Positions 47,506-62,885 of a DNA stretch of 64,000 nucleotides are shown here, piece after piece (positions within the stretch are counted from its first letter, which is position 1; each line of letters starts with the position of its first letter). The notes beneath the pieces were generated by a model. The model did not search any database. It worked only from the letters and a program-made list of their open reading frames with translations, and had not been told where the DNA came from. Source of the stretch: Phaeosaccion multiseriatum (lineage: Eukaryota > Protista > Ochrophyta, other classes); NCBI GenBank assembly GCA_965112735.1, contig OZ218953.1, positions 5,394,001 to 5,458,000 on the forward strand. Reading direction: 5' to 3'. A program made the translations under genes and the position numbers.

Positions 47506-50174
47506 TGTCAGTCGGCCCCAGTGACTTGTCGGAGTACATGAAGTTCCACAACCGCAGGCTCTTCGCCCCCGACGCGGCGCCTCTGCCGTTCCAATACGAC
47601 GTCCGGCGGCTGCAGGGCGCCTACTCCCCGGAAGGAGCCCTGTCCATCGAAGTGGATGGACAACCGGTGTCCACCATCGCGAGGGTGAGGGAGGGCGAGA
47701 GCTGCCCGAGCATGAAGTTCGCTCTCAACGCGGCCACCACAGTGTCCTTCCGCGGCCCGCAGGTGCTCCACGGGTACATTCAGCACAGCTTCTTGAACGG
47801 AGCCTCGCCTCAGCACTCGCTCGTGGCCAGGGCGAGACAGTTCTCCAGGTGGGGGGAGGGGCACAGAGGGTTTGGTGTCTCTGTCTCTGTCTCTGTCTCT
47901 CTCTCCGTCTTACGATATGCTTTCCCCTGCTCTACCCTGCCATGCCCTTTCTGCACGTGGCCACAGCTTTGTGTTGATGGTCGGGCGCATCGCAGCAGCA
48001 GATCTGTTCGAGCCCAGCCATGCCATCATCATCAAGGACAAGGACGAGGTCAGTCATGGCGCTGGTGAGGAGCAGTGGCGATGTGCCCTTCCTGACACGC
48101 CGACTCTCGTGTGTCTACTCTCCCCTTCCTCCCCCCTCCCCTCGCAGGTGATTCTTCCCCTCCTGCTCGATCCGCTGCCCACCCCCAAGGAGTTTAAAGA
48201 CGCCATTGAGTCTCTGTCGCCGGGTAAGAGCAGGCAGTGCGTCTGTTTGGCAACCTTTAGGAAGTGACTCATGTTGAAGCGCCCCCTCCTCACCCCCCCA
48301 GACCAGCAACGGTTCGCCAAGGCGTTCCGCGCCATGCAGCTCCAATCGACGCTCTTCGGCGTGTGCGTGGTGCAGATCAAGCCCCAAATGTGAGCACAAT
48401 GACAATGACAATGACAATGACAATGACAATGACAATGAGGCCCTCCTCCTCGCCTCTCCCTTCCTCACTCATTCACTCACTCACTCACTCGCTCCCCACC
48501 CCACGCTCTGGATGCCCAACAGGGAGGCCCTGCTGTGCCTGCCGGACGGGGCCCTGACCAAGGAGATCAAGCTCACGCAGGACCTCATGCAGCTCTTCAT
48601 CGAGTACCAGGTGTGTGTCCTGACACCCCCCCTCTCTCTGTCCTGACACTCTCTCCCTCTCTCTGTGCGTCCTCACTTTCATTTCTTAACACCCTCTGAC
48701 ACCCCCTCTCTGTCCTGACACTCTCTCTGTACCAGGTGCCCTCGGACCTGCTGACGTTCGATGGGGACGCCTCCCTCTCGCTCAAGGACAAGCTCGCAAC
48801 TGTCAAGGGGCACGTCGCTGCCATTCAGGTGCTGAGCCCATACGCTTGCTTGCCATAGGTCTCTCTTCTCTTGCTCTGTGCTTCACACGTTGACTCTCTG
48901 TCTCGGTCGCCATCCCTGCCCCTCTTGTCAGGCCATTGTGGAAGCGCAGCGCCAGAGTGAACTCGACGAGAGGCGCCAACAGGCACAGGCAGAGGTGCTT
49001 GGCTCATTGGCAGACGGCTTCGTAGAGGACAGGGTGTTTTACGGTGACTTGATGAAGACTGAGGAGGAGCGGGGGGAGGGTTGCGGTGGGGTCCCCAGTG
49101 GAGCGCTGAAGATGAAGAAGAGCAAGAAAGCAATGGCGTCGGCATCATACGGCAGAGGCAAAGGGGGGAATTTGTCTGCGCCATGTGCGCCCGTGCCAAA
49201 GTCCGGGGGGGCGAGGCGCAGCGAGGTGTGCAAGGAAGTAGTCCATGTGGGGAGACAGAGCCACAGGGAGCTTGCGCAGCAGCAGGAGCGGGAGCAGTTG
49301 CGGGACGGGGAGGGGGGTGAAGGCGCGCAGGAGGACGGCGCACCCGCTCTCCCTTCCTCCGAGAGTGCGGCTCTCAGCGGCCCTCTCGTCGACTACACGC
49401 AGGTTAGTTAGGAGGAGACGGTCGCACCCAGCTAGATCCTTTGTGATGACGTGACCGCTGCAATGCCCCCCCTCCTCTCTCGCCAGGTGCCTGCCCAGCT
49501 GGACCGAAGCTTCGAGCTGCTGGACGAAGACGCCGCCCTGAGGCCCACCACCATCTCCCTGGGTGAGAGAGCCGCAGCTTCCTGTCTGTTCTACGCGTCT
49601 GCAGAGAGAGAGAGAGAGAGAGCCCCTTCTGACGCCCATTGCTGCCTCCCTCCCCCCTCGCTGTCAGGCAATACATGGAGGCGAAAGCGCTTCAAGGGTC
49701 TCCTGGCCAAGGCTCCTGAGGAGGTGTTCCTCTCGCAGGAAGGGCAGGGCACCGAGAAGAACGCCGCCATGGACCTGCTCGACGCGCTCTCCAGAGGCGG
49801 TAAGTGCATGCATGTGGGTAGCGAGAGGGACCCAAGCAAGAGCAGGTTGTTTCACTCCTTCTCTGCTGCTGCTCTCTCTCTCTCTCTCAGGTGACCTGAC
49901 GCTCAACAGCAGCACGCTGCACGTCATCGTGTGCGCCACGCACTGCTTCACCGACTCCGTGATGGACACGCTGGTCCAGAAGAGCGTCAATCCCATCGAG
50001 CGCATCGAGCGGAGCACTCTCATCGTGGGCTGCGCCATCCACGAGAGGGGCGTGGAGCAGCTCTTGGCCAACGCCGGGCAGCGCCAGAGGGTACTGCAGT
50101 ACTCGCCGGGCCTCTTCCTCCCTCCCGCGGGGGACGAGGGCGAGGGAGAGGGCGAGGAGGGCGCGGTTGTGTAG
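45655..50174 (+). CDS. Uncharacterised multi-exon protein, tandem copy B
   Basis: Near-identical exons and introns to copy A, except 49000-49290 and the extreme C-terminus (EEGAVV*). Confidence 0.75.
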
Positions 50175-50312
50175 GGGGAGAGACAAGGAGAGGACGATCG
50201 GGAACTCGTGCATGAAGGTGCAGGTAGCGCTGAACTCAGCGTATCGAGCGCATAGGAGCTTACAATACAAAATCGATATCGATGTTACTTACACAGGGCC
50301 CCTCCCCTGACT

Positions 50313-52874
<2,562 letters not shown>

Positions 52875-53066
52875 TGTTGTTGTTGTTTTTTTGTTTTTTG
52901 TTTTTTGCTTGCTTCTTTGGCCCTTCGAATCCAGTGAGTACTCACAGATGGGATGCGTGTGAGTGGCGAAATGGCTCTTGTCGCTTAAGGGTGTAATATA
53001 GACCTTGTCACACCTCTCCGTCCGTCCAGACAAGGGGAGACGCAGCTGGGTGTCAACCTTAAGAAG
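52875..53066. promoter_or_regulatory. Probable bidirectional promoter (thiolase / RCL1)
   Basis: About 192 bp between divergent start codons; positional inference only. Confidence 0.45.
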
Positions 53067-54902
53067 ATGAAGAAGGTCAAAGAGACTTCCAGCCCTTCCA
53101 GCAGCGGCGCAAAGAGGAAGAGGACGAGGAGTAATACTGTGGCGAGCAGCAGTGGCGTGCTCCGCTTCAAGGGCTGTGGCCACTTCAGGGCAAGGTACGT
53201 TTGTGTGAGTGTGTGTGGGATATACTTGACTCTGAGTCTTGCCCTGGGATCGCATTCCCCGCCCCAGCTCCCCTCGGCCCACAACTCAGCTTGCTCCTCC
53301 CACCCTGACGTACCCCAGAGTCGTGTGCTCGCTACTGAGCGGTAGAGCCCTGGTGATCGAAGACATTAGACCGTTTGGTATTTCCAAGGACGGCGGGGGC
53401 AACGGGGGCGACAAAAGCTCAGGCCATGAGGCCCCGGAAATTGGGCTATTAGAGTTTGAGGCTTCTTTCCTACGCCTCGTGGATATCCTCACAAACGGAA
53501 CCAAGGTGGAGATTAACGAGACGGGCACGACGCTTCGCTTCAAGCCCGGAGTCATCACCGGGGGGCGAGTGGTGCACGACTGCGGGGTGGGTAAGAGCGT
53601 GGGGTGGTTTATGGAGGGCATCGTGCCGCTGGGGCTCTTTAGCAAGAAGGGCGTGGAGGTGCACCTCTCGGGGATTACCAACGACGATGACAACATATCA
53701 GTGGACGTTATAAAGGCTGTGACGCTGCCCTTACTCACGCTTTTTGGGGTTGGGGCCGACGGAGGACTGGACATCAAGGTCAGTGAGTATCGCTTCCGTG
53801 TGTGAAGCGATTAAAGCGCAGTGGGGCTGTGTGGGTGTGGCGGGGGCGGCAACTAAGCGAGCACCACGCCAGCAGGCGCCCGGAGAAGGGGCTTCAGTCA
53901 AGTCCAGTCTAATCGCTTTAACGTTGCTCTATTGTCCTTCTTACGCGAGCAGATTAAGACGCGAGGGGCGCCGCCCCTGGGAGGGGGGCTGGTGGAGCTC
54001 CGGGTGCCGGTGGTGCGTGAATTGAGGACCTTGAACCTGACTGATGCGGGCCTCATCAAGAGGGTGCGGGGCAACGCGTACTGCGCCAAGGTGTCCCCTC
54101 AGGTGGGTGGGTCATGCTCTTTCGGACAGGCAGGCACAGCGCGTCATCTCGCCTGCTTCTCTCTTTCGCCAGCGGGACTTTCCACCCCCTGCGTCACTCC
54201 CGATGCTTCATCGCTACCCGCCTGACGCGTGCCTCTCTGCGCCTACTCTCAGGTGGCCAACCGAGTGGCCGAGTCGGCGCGAGGGGTGCTGAACCGCCTC
54301 CTGCCGGACGTGTGGGTGCACACAGATCACTACAGCGGAGTAAGGGCAGGCAAGTCCCCAGGCTTCGCTCTGGCTCTGGTGACAGAGTCCACCACCGGCG
54401 TCATCACGTCTGCCGAAATTGCTGCGACCAAGGTGAGTGAGGCCGGACTCGTGATTTCCTTTTCATCACAGAACGACGATGAGAACGAAAAACTCCCGGC
54501 CCAGAAGCAAGAGGGGGGGAGGGAGGGAGGGAGGCTCATCCCCAGGGCCCATCCCATTGCCTTATGCTCCAATGATTGTGTGTTGTGTGCCCTCGGCGAC
54601 AGGGAAGCCTGCCTGAGGATGTCGGCAAGAAGGGGAGTGTGAGGCTGCTGGAGGAGGTGAAGCGAGGAGGATGCGTGGACTCTTCTCACCAGTGGCTTGC
54701 CCTTCTGCTCATGGTCCTGGGGCCGGAGGATGTCGGTAAAGTGAGACTGGGGGAGCTCACGCCGTACACCGTGGGCTTTCTGCGCCTCCTCAGAAGCGCC
54801 TTCGGCACGGTGTTCAAGCTCTCCAGAGAGGAGCAGGACGGGACCACGCTGGCCGTGTGCCTGGGCATCGGGTACAAGAATATCTCAAGAAAGGCAACAT
54901 AG
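53067..54902 (+). CDS. RCL1: RNA 3'-terminal phosphate cyclase-like protein (18S rRNA biogenesis)
   Basis: FKGCGHFRAR|VVCSLLSG, GLLEFEASFLRL, TNGTKVEINETGT, GITND, RGAPPLGGG, IKRVRG, LPDVWVHTD, GKSPGF, GGCVDS, CLGIGYKN. Confidence 0.93.
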
Positions 54903-55530
54903 ATTATTCCATGGGGTATCGTACATCATTTCCCCCCATTTGTGAGTCTTTCTCACGTAGTGTTGTCCTTCGCTCGTGGGACGGCCAAGAAGACAACACA
55001 GCCCTTCCGTTGACTTCCGCATCGGCATCACCAGGGACAGTCGCAATCGAAGAGACAGCAACGCTGCTTGAGGCTTGTCTCGTGAACAAATGGCTCGAGA
55101 GGCACTGGAGGAAATGTAGAAGACACCTTCACTCGCAGCAACCATTAAAAGGCGCTGTGCTTTGATATGGCAGTGGGTCCCGCCTCTGGAGCGGCGTGCG
55201 TGGGGGTGCACCATCGCGGTAGGATGAGGAGAGGGACATAATGCTTGGCGCAGCTACTCCGGGGGGAGAGTACGTTGTTCCTTTCATAAGCGACAGCGCA
55301 TCAAGGCACAGACTTCCTTCGATACGATGAAAGGGCGCGGCGCGGCGTCAGCGCGAGCAGCGTCTGTGTGTGAGCGAGACTGACTGACCGATTGATTGCT
55401 CAGGCGCTCCTTCCTTCCAACCTTTTTTTTATCTCTCTTTTTTGGGAATGCAAGTACTGTTCGCCTATCTCCCAGCCTCTCGACTGAGTGACTTTCTCGG
55501 AGCATGCTGCTGTTGCCTCCCGTCCACGTC

Positions 55531-57908
55531 CTATCTCCCTCGCCGCCGAGTGTGGACAGGCTTGGGTGTTGGTGCCGTGACCGGAGTGCTCACCGTCGTG
55601 GGCGCCAACGCGGCCGCTGCTCCCCCTGCTGCTCCAGCCTTCGCCTTGCCCTTTCCTTTGCCCTTGCCTTTGCCCTTGGCGATAGTTGCCACTGCGGTAA
55701 TACTGACACTGCTGCTTCCGCCACTGCTCGTCTTGCTGGCCGCGATGGTCGTGTTGCTGGAGCCAGCCTTCCCGCCGTCGCCTTTGTCCTCATCTGCCTC
55801 CCCCTGCGCCGCCACCCTCTCCGCGCGCCGCTCGGCCAGCCTCTTCCCCAGTAGCATCATCCGCTTCCTCTCCTTCACGAGCCGCGTCTGCGTGGCCCCA
55901 TACTTTGCCTGCGATACCTCCAGCTTGGCCAGCGCGAGCTTGCAGACACCTTCCAACTTGTCTAATTCGGCCTTTTCCTCGGCCAACGCCCGAGTCGTCG
56001 GGAGGTCGCCTTCGAGCCACATGAAGCCGAGCACCCCCGGGGCTTGCTCGGGCACGGTGTGACCAGCCTGCCTCAACCGGGCCTCTACCAACGCCGCCTG
56101 TTTACGAGGGGGCACGAGAAGGGCTCCGCAGCCATGCAGGGCCTGAATGTCTGACAGCACTCGCACAGGAGCGTCCAGGTGCGTGCTACCAGGCACTAGA
56201 CTGTCTGCCACCGCAAACTTCTGTAGCCTCACTCCTTCGAAGCTATCATCATCTTCGTCGTAATCGCCCACCGGCCTGCCTTGTGCCTCTCTGCTGCTGC
56301 TGCTGCTGCTGCTGTCCCGCTCTCGCTGGGCCATGAGGGTGAGCGGCTTGTCCAAGAGCTTCCAGGAGCTGTCGTGAAGCTCCTCCGCCTCCCTCCACCT
56401 TCTGTGGAGCAAGCTATCGCTGAGATACACGGCGCTCTCAGCCCCTTCTGATGACTGTTTCGCCCCTGCCACTCCCTTCCGCGCTGTGTCGTCGTTCTTG
56501 GTCACAGCAGCACCACCCCCGCCAGCAGCGGCGGCAGCGGCAGCGCAGTCTGCGTTTCGCATCTGCTTGAGCTTGGCCTGCAGCTGCATCTTTGTAGCAT
56601 TCAGCGCCTCAAGCTCCTCCCCCATTGAGGCGAGCAGATCCAGCGCCCCGTCGAGTTGGCCGCTTCCGTCCTCTCCCACCGCTGCAGCTCGCCCTACTCC
56701 TCCTCCCTCTCCTCCCTTCTTCTGCACCCCTCCTCCGTGTTCCTGGACCTTCTCTTGGAGGCGCTGCACCTTTTCGTATATGGACATGTTGGTCTCCACG
56801 CACTCGGCCCTCAGCAGGCGTGACTGCGCTATGCAGTGTGCCCGCAGCGCGAAGAAGGCTTGCTCACTGGCAAGGCGCTCCGCCTCGACCTGCACGCACG
56901 GGAAGGGCGGACGAGAAGACAGCATGGCAAAGCGCCGGACAAGATCAGTCAAAGGCCGATCGAGGGGTTGGATGCCCTACCTTCAGGACTCGAGGGCTTC
57001 GACAGGGCTTCTGAGTCCACGAAATAGGAGCCAACGCGCAAGGGTGCCTAACCACGAAACACGCAACTAAAACACTGCTCAAGGGGGAGCTGGGAGCTGG
57101 ACGCGCCCCTTTTCTTCGCCTTCGCATCTCAGGAAGCGACGGTGCCTGGCTGCCTTCCTCCCTGCCTTTCTTCCTTCCTTGCTTCCGGCCGGTCCTCACT
57201 GTCCCTACCCCTACCCAACCCACTCACGTGTTCGAGCTCGGCGTTGGAGGCCTTGATGGAGTCTTTGTAGGCCTTGAGGTCGGCGTCAATGTCCTCGGGC
57301 CGTGCCTCCCAGCGCGAGAAGCGCTCCTTCTTCGCCTCTTTGGTGCTCTCCGCGGGTAGGGGGGGGTTGAACGCCACGATCCGTCCAGGGGGGTCGCCCC
57401 GCCCACCACTCCCATTCCTGCCGCCCGACGAGGCATCCTGTCCAACAGAGAGAGGCGGGTAGCCCGGAGGGGGGGGGGGGGGGGGGGGTTCAATGCATGA
57501 GGCAGGACAAAGAGCGACTTGCGTAGCGGGAAACAATTGCAATTGCCGCTGTTACTGCACAAAAGACAAGAGCTCCCCCCAACTTCGTCCAGAAGGGCCG
57601 TATCCACCGCTCGCCCCGTTTGGCAAGCAACCCTCCTCACCGTTTCTTCGGACCCTCCCAGGACCTTGCTCTTCTCTATAAGTCTGAGGTCCTTCTTGGC
57701 CTCGCTCTTGGTGAGGGCATGCACTCCGTTCATCTGAGGCAAGACTGAGGTGTTGGCCTTGCCCACACTCTGCACTTGCTGCACCTGCTGCTGGGCCTGC
57801 TGGTGCTGGCGGAGGAGGTCGGCATCTCTGTCGGCAGCGGCGGTCTCTCGCACGTAGCGGCCGTCCCTCGACGATGTCTTGCCATCTCTGTCAGAGGTGA
57901 ATCGACCC
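55531..57908 (-). CDS. Hypothetical coiled-coil protein (multi-exon; 5' end unresolved, possibly extending towards about 58700)
   Basis: 473-aa ORF with heptad-like stretches, plus upstream exon-like segments bounded by GT/AG (57229-57450, 57570-57908). No recognisable domain. Confidence 0.55.
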
Positions 57909-58741
57909 CTTGCAGTTACAGGCAAAGGAAGAAAAAAGAGGGAGGGGCAGGGAGGGTAAGCCAAAGCGTTGGGCAGGGAAAGTAAGACATTGTGGCGCTC
58001 ACAGAGGCCTCATAGAACCAAAGTACTCCTCCCCTACGATGCAGACTAATCTTTGCCGCTGCTGCTGGCTTCGGCTGCTTCTGCTCTCCCCAATAAACTG
58101 GTGCATGCAGGCAACTCACACAGCAACGCCTCCTTCAACTCAGCAGCAGTTCACAGGCAAATGTGGTGTCTTCTTTCCAGGACCCACCCACGAGTTATCG
58201 ACGAATGGGTACACTGCATGGCATCGCGGAGCACGCGGAGCGTGCACAAGGAGGACAGAGTGCAAGTCAAGCAGCCCCGGCCTGTTTATTTCCCCAGCAA
58301 GCTCTTACCTTTTGCGATTTGGAAGAGGGCTCGTGGACGAGGGGTCCCTCTTGTCTGCCATGGTATATCACCGCGTCCTCCACAGTCGCACCGTGTATCG
58401 CCCGTGTGCTTGTCCACTTCCAGCAGAGATTTGGGCGCACCAAGGGAAAAAGGTGATGAAAGAGGGGGAGCAACCGCTTGCAGGGATCTCACTACTGCAG
58501 GAATCGTCGCGGCATACAGAACGCGTCTCCTACACTCTGCAAGCTTTGTGTGCCTCTGCTGCTGTTCCCGTGCAAACACGGGCTCCTCCGTCCCGATCTC
58601 TTTCCTTCTCGTCCTCAAACCAGAAAAGATGTAAAGGAGTTTTGTCCGACGACGGGCTGGCCAACGTAGGCGATGGCGATGGGGCAGGGATGCGCGTTGC
58701 ACCCCAATGTGTACGATGATGGGAACTTAAAGCGTCACGCC

Positions 58742-59772
58742 ATGGAGAGGGAAGGGGAGGCAAACGGTGGACAACAGCCGGCGGGGGAGGAGCAGCAGCC
58801 CGTAGGTCCAGACGATGCAGCAGCCGAAGGGAGCATCGTTAGGGGAGGAGGTGAGTGTAAGGCCCACAAGAAGAGGCGAGAAGATGGCCGTGGGAGCATG
58901 CTCTTTGGATTGCGGCAGTCCCTAAACAGAGATAATAACCCGCCCTGGCCGCAACAAGAAGCAATCCCATCCCCATCTTACACGCGACCTTCGTTTGCAT
59001 CTTAGGTGTTGGCCGGAACGTGCATGTGGGAATGGTGGCCTCGGTGATCAAGGGCTTCGGCCGGGGGTCCAAGCTGCTCGGCATCCCGACCGCGAATATG
59101 TGCATGCAGGACGTCGGCCACGCAGCAGATCAAATGGAAACCGGGATCTGTAAGTACTGGACGGTCAACAAAAAATTGGCCGACTACGGAGTTCTAACAT
59201 CCGTCTGCGTTGCTGCTGCTGCTGTTGCTGGTGCTGTACTGGACTCCCCAGATTTCGGCTTTACTGTGCTGCAGGGGGAGGTCTATGATGCTGTGGTGAG
59301 CATCGGCTGGAACCCTTATTTTCAGAACAAGGCTAAAACCGTGGTGAGCACAAGGCCCTATTCTGGCCATAGGAACACCATAGTGCTACGATAGCGTTTT
59401 GTCCTTTGGAGGGGATGTTCGCCGCTGAATCCCTTCCGCTCCGCTCAGTTCATCTCCCTTATTACTACTGCTACTACTGCTGCTGCTGCTGCTTCTAACC
59501 TCCTATTGTAGGAGCCGCACCTCCTCCACGACTTTGCCGAGGACTTTTACGGAGAGACACTGAGTCTCCTCATATGCGGCTACATCCGGCCTGAGCTCAA
59601 CTTCAGTAGCCTGGAGGCCCTCATCTTGGGCATTAAGGGAGACATCGAGTATGCCAAGCTCAAGCTCACAGAGCCTTCCATCAGGGCCTATCGCAGCCGA
59701 GAGGCCATCGTCAGCGCGTGTCTGGCCACAGCACACGCCAACAACAGCGCATACTCGAGCAAACAGCGCTAA
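58742..59772 (+). CDS. RFK: Riboflavin kinase (monofunctional), 4 exons; start may be at 58673 or 58679
   Basis: VIKGFGRGSKLLGIPTAN, TGIY|FG, VSIGWNPYFQN, EPHLLHDFAEDFYGE, GYIRPELNFSSLEALI. TAA at 59770-59772. Confidence 0.93.
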
Positions 59773-59857
59773 GCTACGCGTCGCCCGCTTTTCAAGACTC
59801 GTGCGTGTAAATACTATACATGTATATTTTGAACCTCTCGAGTTATCACAATCCTGC

Positions 59858-60913
59858 TTACTTCTTGCCGCTGTATGGATTGACCAGCTCAAGCTCGCCC
59901 GTCTTGGAGTTGATCTGCGTCTTCTTGATGGTGCGCAGCTGCTTGCGAGACATACCTTTCAGCTTGTGCGTCTTGGAGATCTGTGGAGGGGCGTGGGGGG
60001 GGGGGCACGACAAGGGATTGTTGAGCATGGGAGGGGGGCGGTGGGGGAATACAGACTCATCCGCGTAGCGTCTGATAGGCACAATACGCACCGTTTGGAA
60101 CTGAATCGCCTTCATCTCGTTGTGCTGCCTCCTCTTCTCCCTGTCTAGCTTCTCCTGCTTTGCGGTCTCAACGTCTCTGGCCTTGCGCTCCTTCATCTCC
60201 CTCTCTTGCTCCTTGACAAGGCGGAGGCGCTCCCTCTCGTCCTGCTTTCGCTGCCACTTGGCCTTCTCCGCCGACTTGCCCACGTGGAGCAGCCCATGCG
60301 TATCCCTGCAACGCAAGAGAGAGAGAGAGAGAGAGTTAAAACCAGCATTGGCTTTTATTGCAGCTTGGCCGTGCGGCGACACCTTATAGCTCAACGTGGG
60401 CAAGCGCATAGGCCGGGAAATGACTACTCACCGCTTGGTGCCCCTGTTTCTCTTCCATGGCCGTCCGCTGACATTCCTCCCCGTCATAGCCTCTCGCTCA
60501 GCACTCGCGGCGGCTACTGCCGCTGCTGCTGCCGTTGTTGTCGAACGACCGTCCTTCGACTCCGCCGTAGCACCCGATGCGCTTGATCTTGTGTCCTCCT
60601 GTACCTCTGGCGCTGATACGGGACCTTCGGTAACCTTTCTCTTCTTCCCTCTCGCCGCTCTGCTTGTCCTTTTTGGCGGCGCTTCTGCTACCGCAGCTTC
60701 TTTCTCGTCATCTATCTCTTCCACCACTGCTGCTGCCTCTTCTTTGCCCTTCTTAGGCGCACTGCTCGCCCTCGGTCTCTTGGGGGCTGGAGCCCGTGTC
60801 GTCGTGCGCCTTGGCGATGTCCTCCTGGCCTCCCTCACCACCTCCACCCGCTCCCCGTCGCCTCCAGCGTCTCCTCTTGCCACCCTGCTCCTCGAAGTTC
60901 GTGTAGCAACCAT
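59858..60913 (-). CDS. CCDC86: CCDC86/Cgr1-family nucleolar coiled-coil protein, 3 exons
   Basis: GRNVSGRPWK, W..K..ER....K..EREMKE, RRQHNEMKA, KLKGMSRKQLRTIKK. Confidence 0.8.
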
Positions 60914-61038
60914 CACAGCTGTTGTTTTTTCTCCCTCTCTTTAAGCCGTAGAGATTTCGATGACTTACTGAAACATTTGGAGGCGTACGCCGAACCGAAA
61001 CCGTAATTGTATCTCTGTTTCACTTTAACAGGTTAAAG
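60914..61038. promoter_or_regulatory. Probable bidirectional promoter (CCDC86 / sulfotransferase-like gene)
   Basis: About 125 bp between divergent start codons; positional inference only. Confidence 0.45.
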
Positions 61039-62885
61039 ATGAATGACATTGAGGATAGTAGGCCAGGCGACGCTGAACCGAATCAAGCTGGACACGAAAA
61101 GGGGAAGGGGAAGGCAGTAGCGGCGGCCTTGATTCTGGCATCTCTGGCTCTCAGTCTCATCGTGTTCCGGGATGCGTTGGGAGGGGTGAATACTTGGCTC
61201 AGACAAGAGGAGAGAGCGCTATTCGGCGGCGACGACAAATACTTGAGGCTCTGGGAACTGCGACAAAGCCTGAGGCTCGAAAGTGATGGGACATGGGAGG
61301 GTGCGGCATGGGATCTTCCGCACGATGCTGTCACGTTGCTGGACGAAGACGAGAAGGTCATCGCGGCCCATCGAGTGCTGAGTATAGACGGAGATATGCA
61401 CCGCCAGCAGAAGAAAGTTTTCAACAACGACGGTTTCAGGGTTGTATTCTTTGCCGGCGTGGAGGGCTCTGGGCATCACTACATCGAGTCCGTTGTGAAG
61501 AAGATGCAAAGCGTAGGCATTGCTGACATCAACTGCAAGCCAACTCTCGCCTTCTTCCCCGGCATGACCAAGGCGGCGAACATCAAGGCCTACTCCGAGC
61601 AGGTGAGGCTCCTCAAGGCCGGGCTGCTGGAGGCCCAGGCTCGCGCAGATCGGGGAGGGGAGCACGGAGCGACTCGGACCCCATCCCTTCTGCCCATCAA
61701 TTGCATGAAGGAGGGTACTTGCAAGGGCGCTGGCTTCATGTCCTTCCCCAATTTCGGAGGCCAATTTACGATGAATGACCCGGATATTCCCATGCTGGCT
61801 CAGGTGCGTGCTTTGTGACGGGTGCTCATGCCTTGTTGTCGAGGCTCCTCCTCCGAACAGGTGGAGGGGACGTTAGTTACTACTGAAGGAAGGACTATCA
61901 CCTTGTGTGTGGCTCCCTCTTTGTGGTAGTAGGGCGAGCTCTAGGCAAAGAGGACCCATACCCTGTACAATAGGCAAAAAAATGTTCTGACCCTCTTCCT
62001 GGTGCCCCCCCCCCCCCCCCTTCTTTCCTTCCTTTCGCGGTGCCCCCAACTCGCTACACTCGGCGTGTGTGCGTGTGTACATTACGGACGGGGGTTTCAT
62101 GCTATCACCACCTTCACCATCTGTGCTCTTGTTGGTAGGTCTGCGAAGAGCTCGGCATCGATTTGCGTATCGTGTACCTCCATCGGGACCCTTCAGAGAC
62201 CATCAGCTCTGTGCACCGCAGATTCGAACCCATGAAAGACATTTTCGGCACGCTGAGAAGAGTGGACTCCAACGCCCGCATTCTCTTCACCATGCTGGAT
62301 CAGATAGACCCTGCCTTCGTGCAGTGCCTGAGCTACAGCGAGGCGATGGTGCCGACCAGCCCCCAGCACGAGGCCGTGGCGAGGCATCTGGACCCGAGGT
62401 TCAGCGAGAGGCCCAACGAGGTAAAGGACATGTTCGAGACTCTGGCGCACAAGAGCAAGAGAGCACACCACAAGCTCCCGCCCTTCGCCACTGCCTCGCG
62501 TGAGCAGATGAGCGTTGAGGCTCTGTTCGAGGACATGTATGATTCCTTCTGCCGCGGCCCAGAGCGAGCTTCGTCGCCCTCCTTGCTGTCTCGTTCCGTT
62601 GCTCCTCCTGCCGAGGTGAGGCCAGCCTTGCTCGCAGCAGATCAAGCCCTTGTCACGACGACCACCACCACAACAACCGAGACCGTGAATGCGCCTCCTC
62701 GGGCAGCAGCTGTGGACGATGCTGGCCTCGTTGCGCAGATGGCGGCACAGAGAGAGGAGAAAGCAGAGTTGATGAGAAGAGCGAAGGAGGTACACGACGC
62801 GAGGAAGCGTAAATCACCCTCGGGCGGCAGCAGGAAGCGGCGCGACCGAGTATCTCCGCGAAAGAATGGTCGTGGAGGCGGGTAG
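61039..62885 (+). CDS. Putative type II membrane sulfotransferase-fold protein, 2 exons
   Basis: N-terminal TM helix (AVAAALILASLALSLIVF), 5'-PSB-like loop VVFFAGVEGSGHH, 3'-PB-like RIVYLHRDPSETISS. Intron 61804-62138. Confidence 0.6.

Larger units (their letters stand above)
40070..50174 (+). repeat. Tandem segmental duplication, period about 5.5 kb
   Basis: About 40070-44770 aligns by eye to about 45555-50162. Confidence 0.93.
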
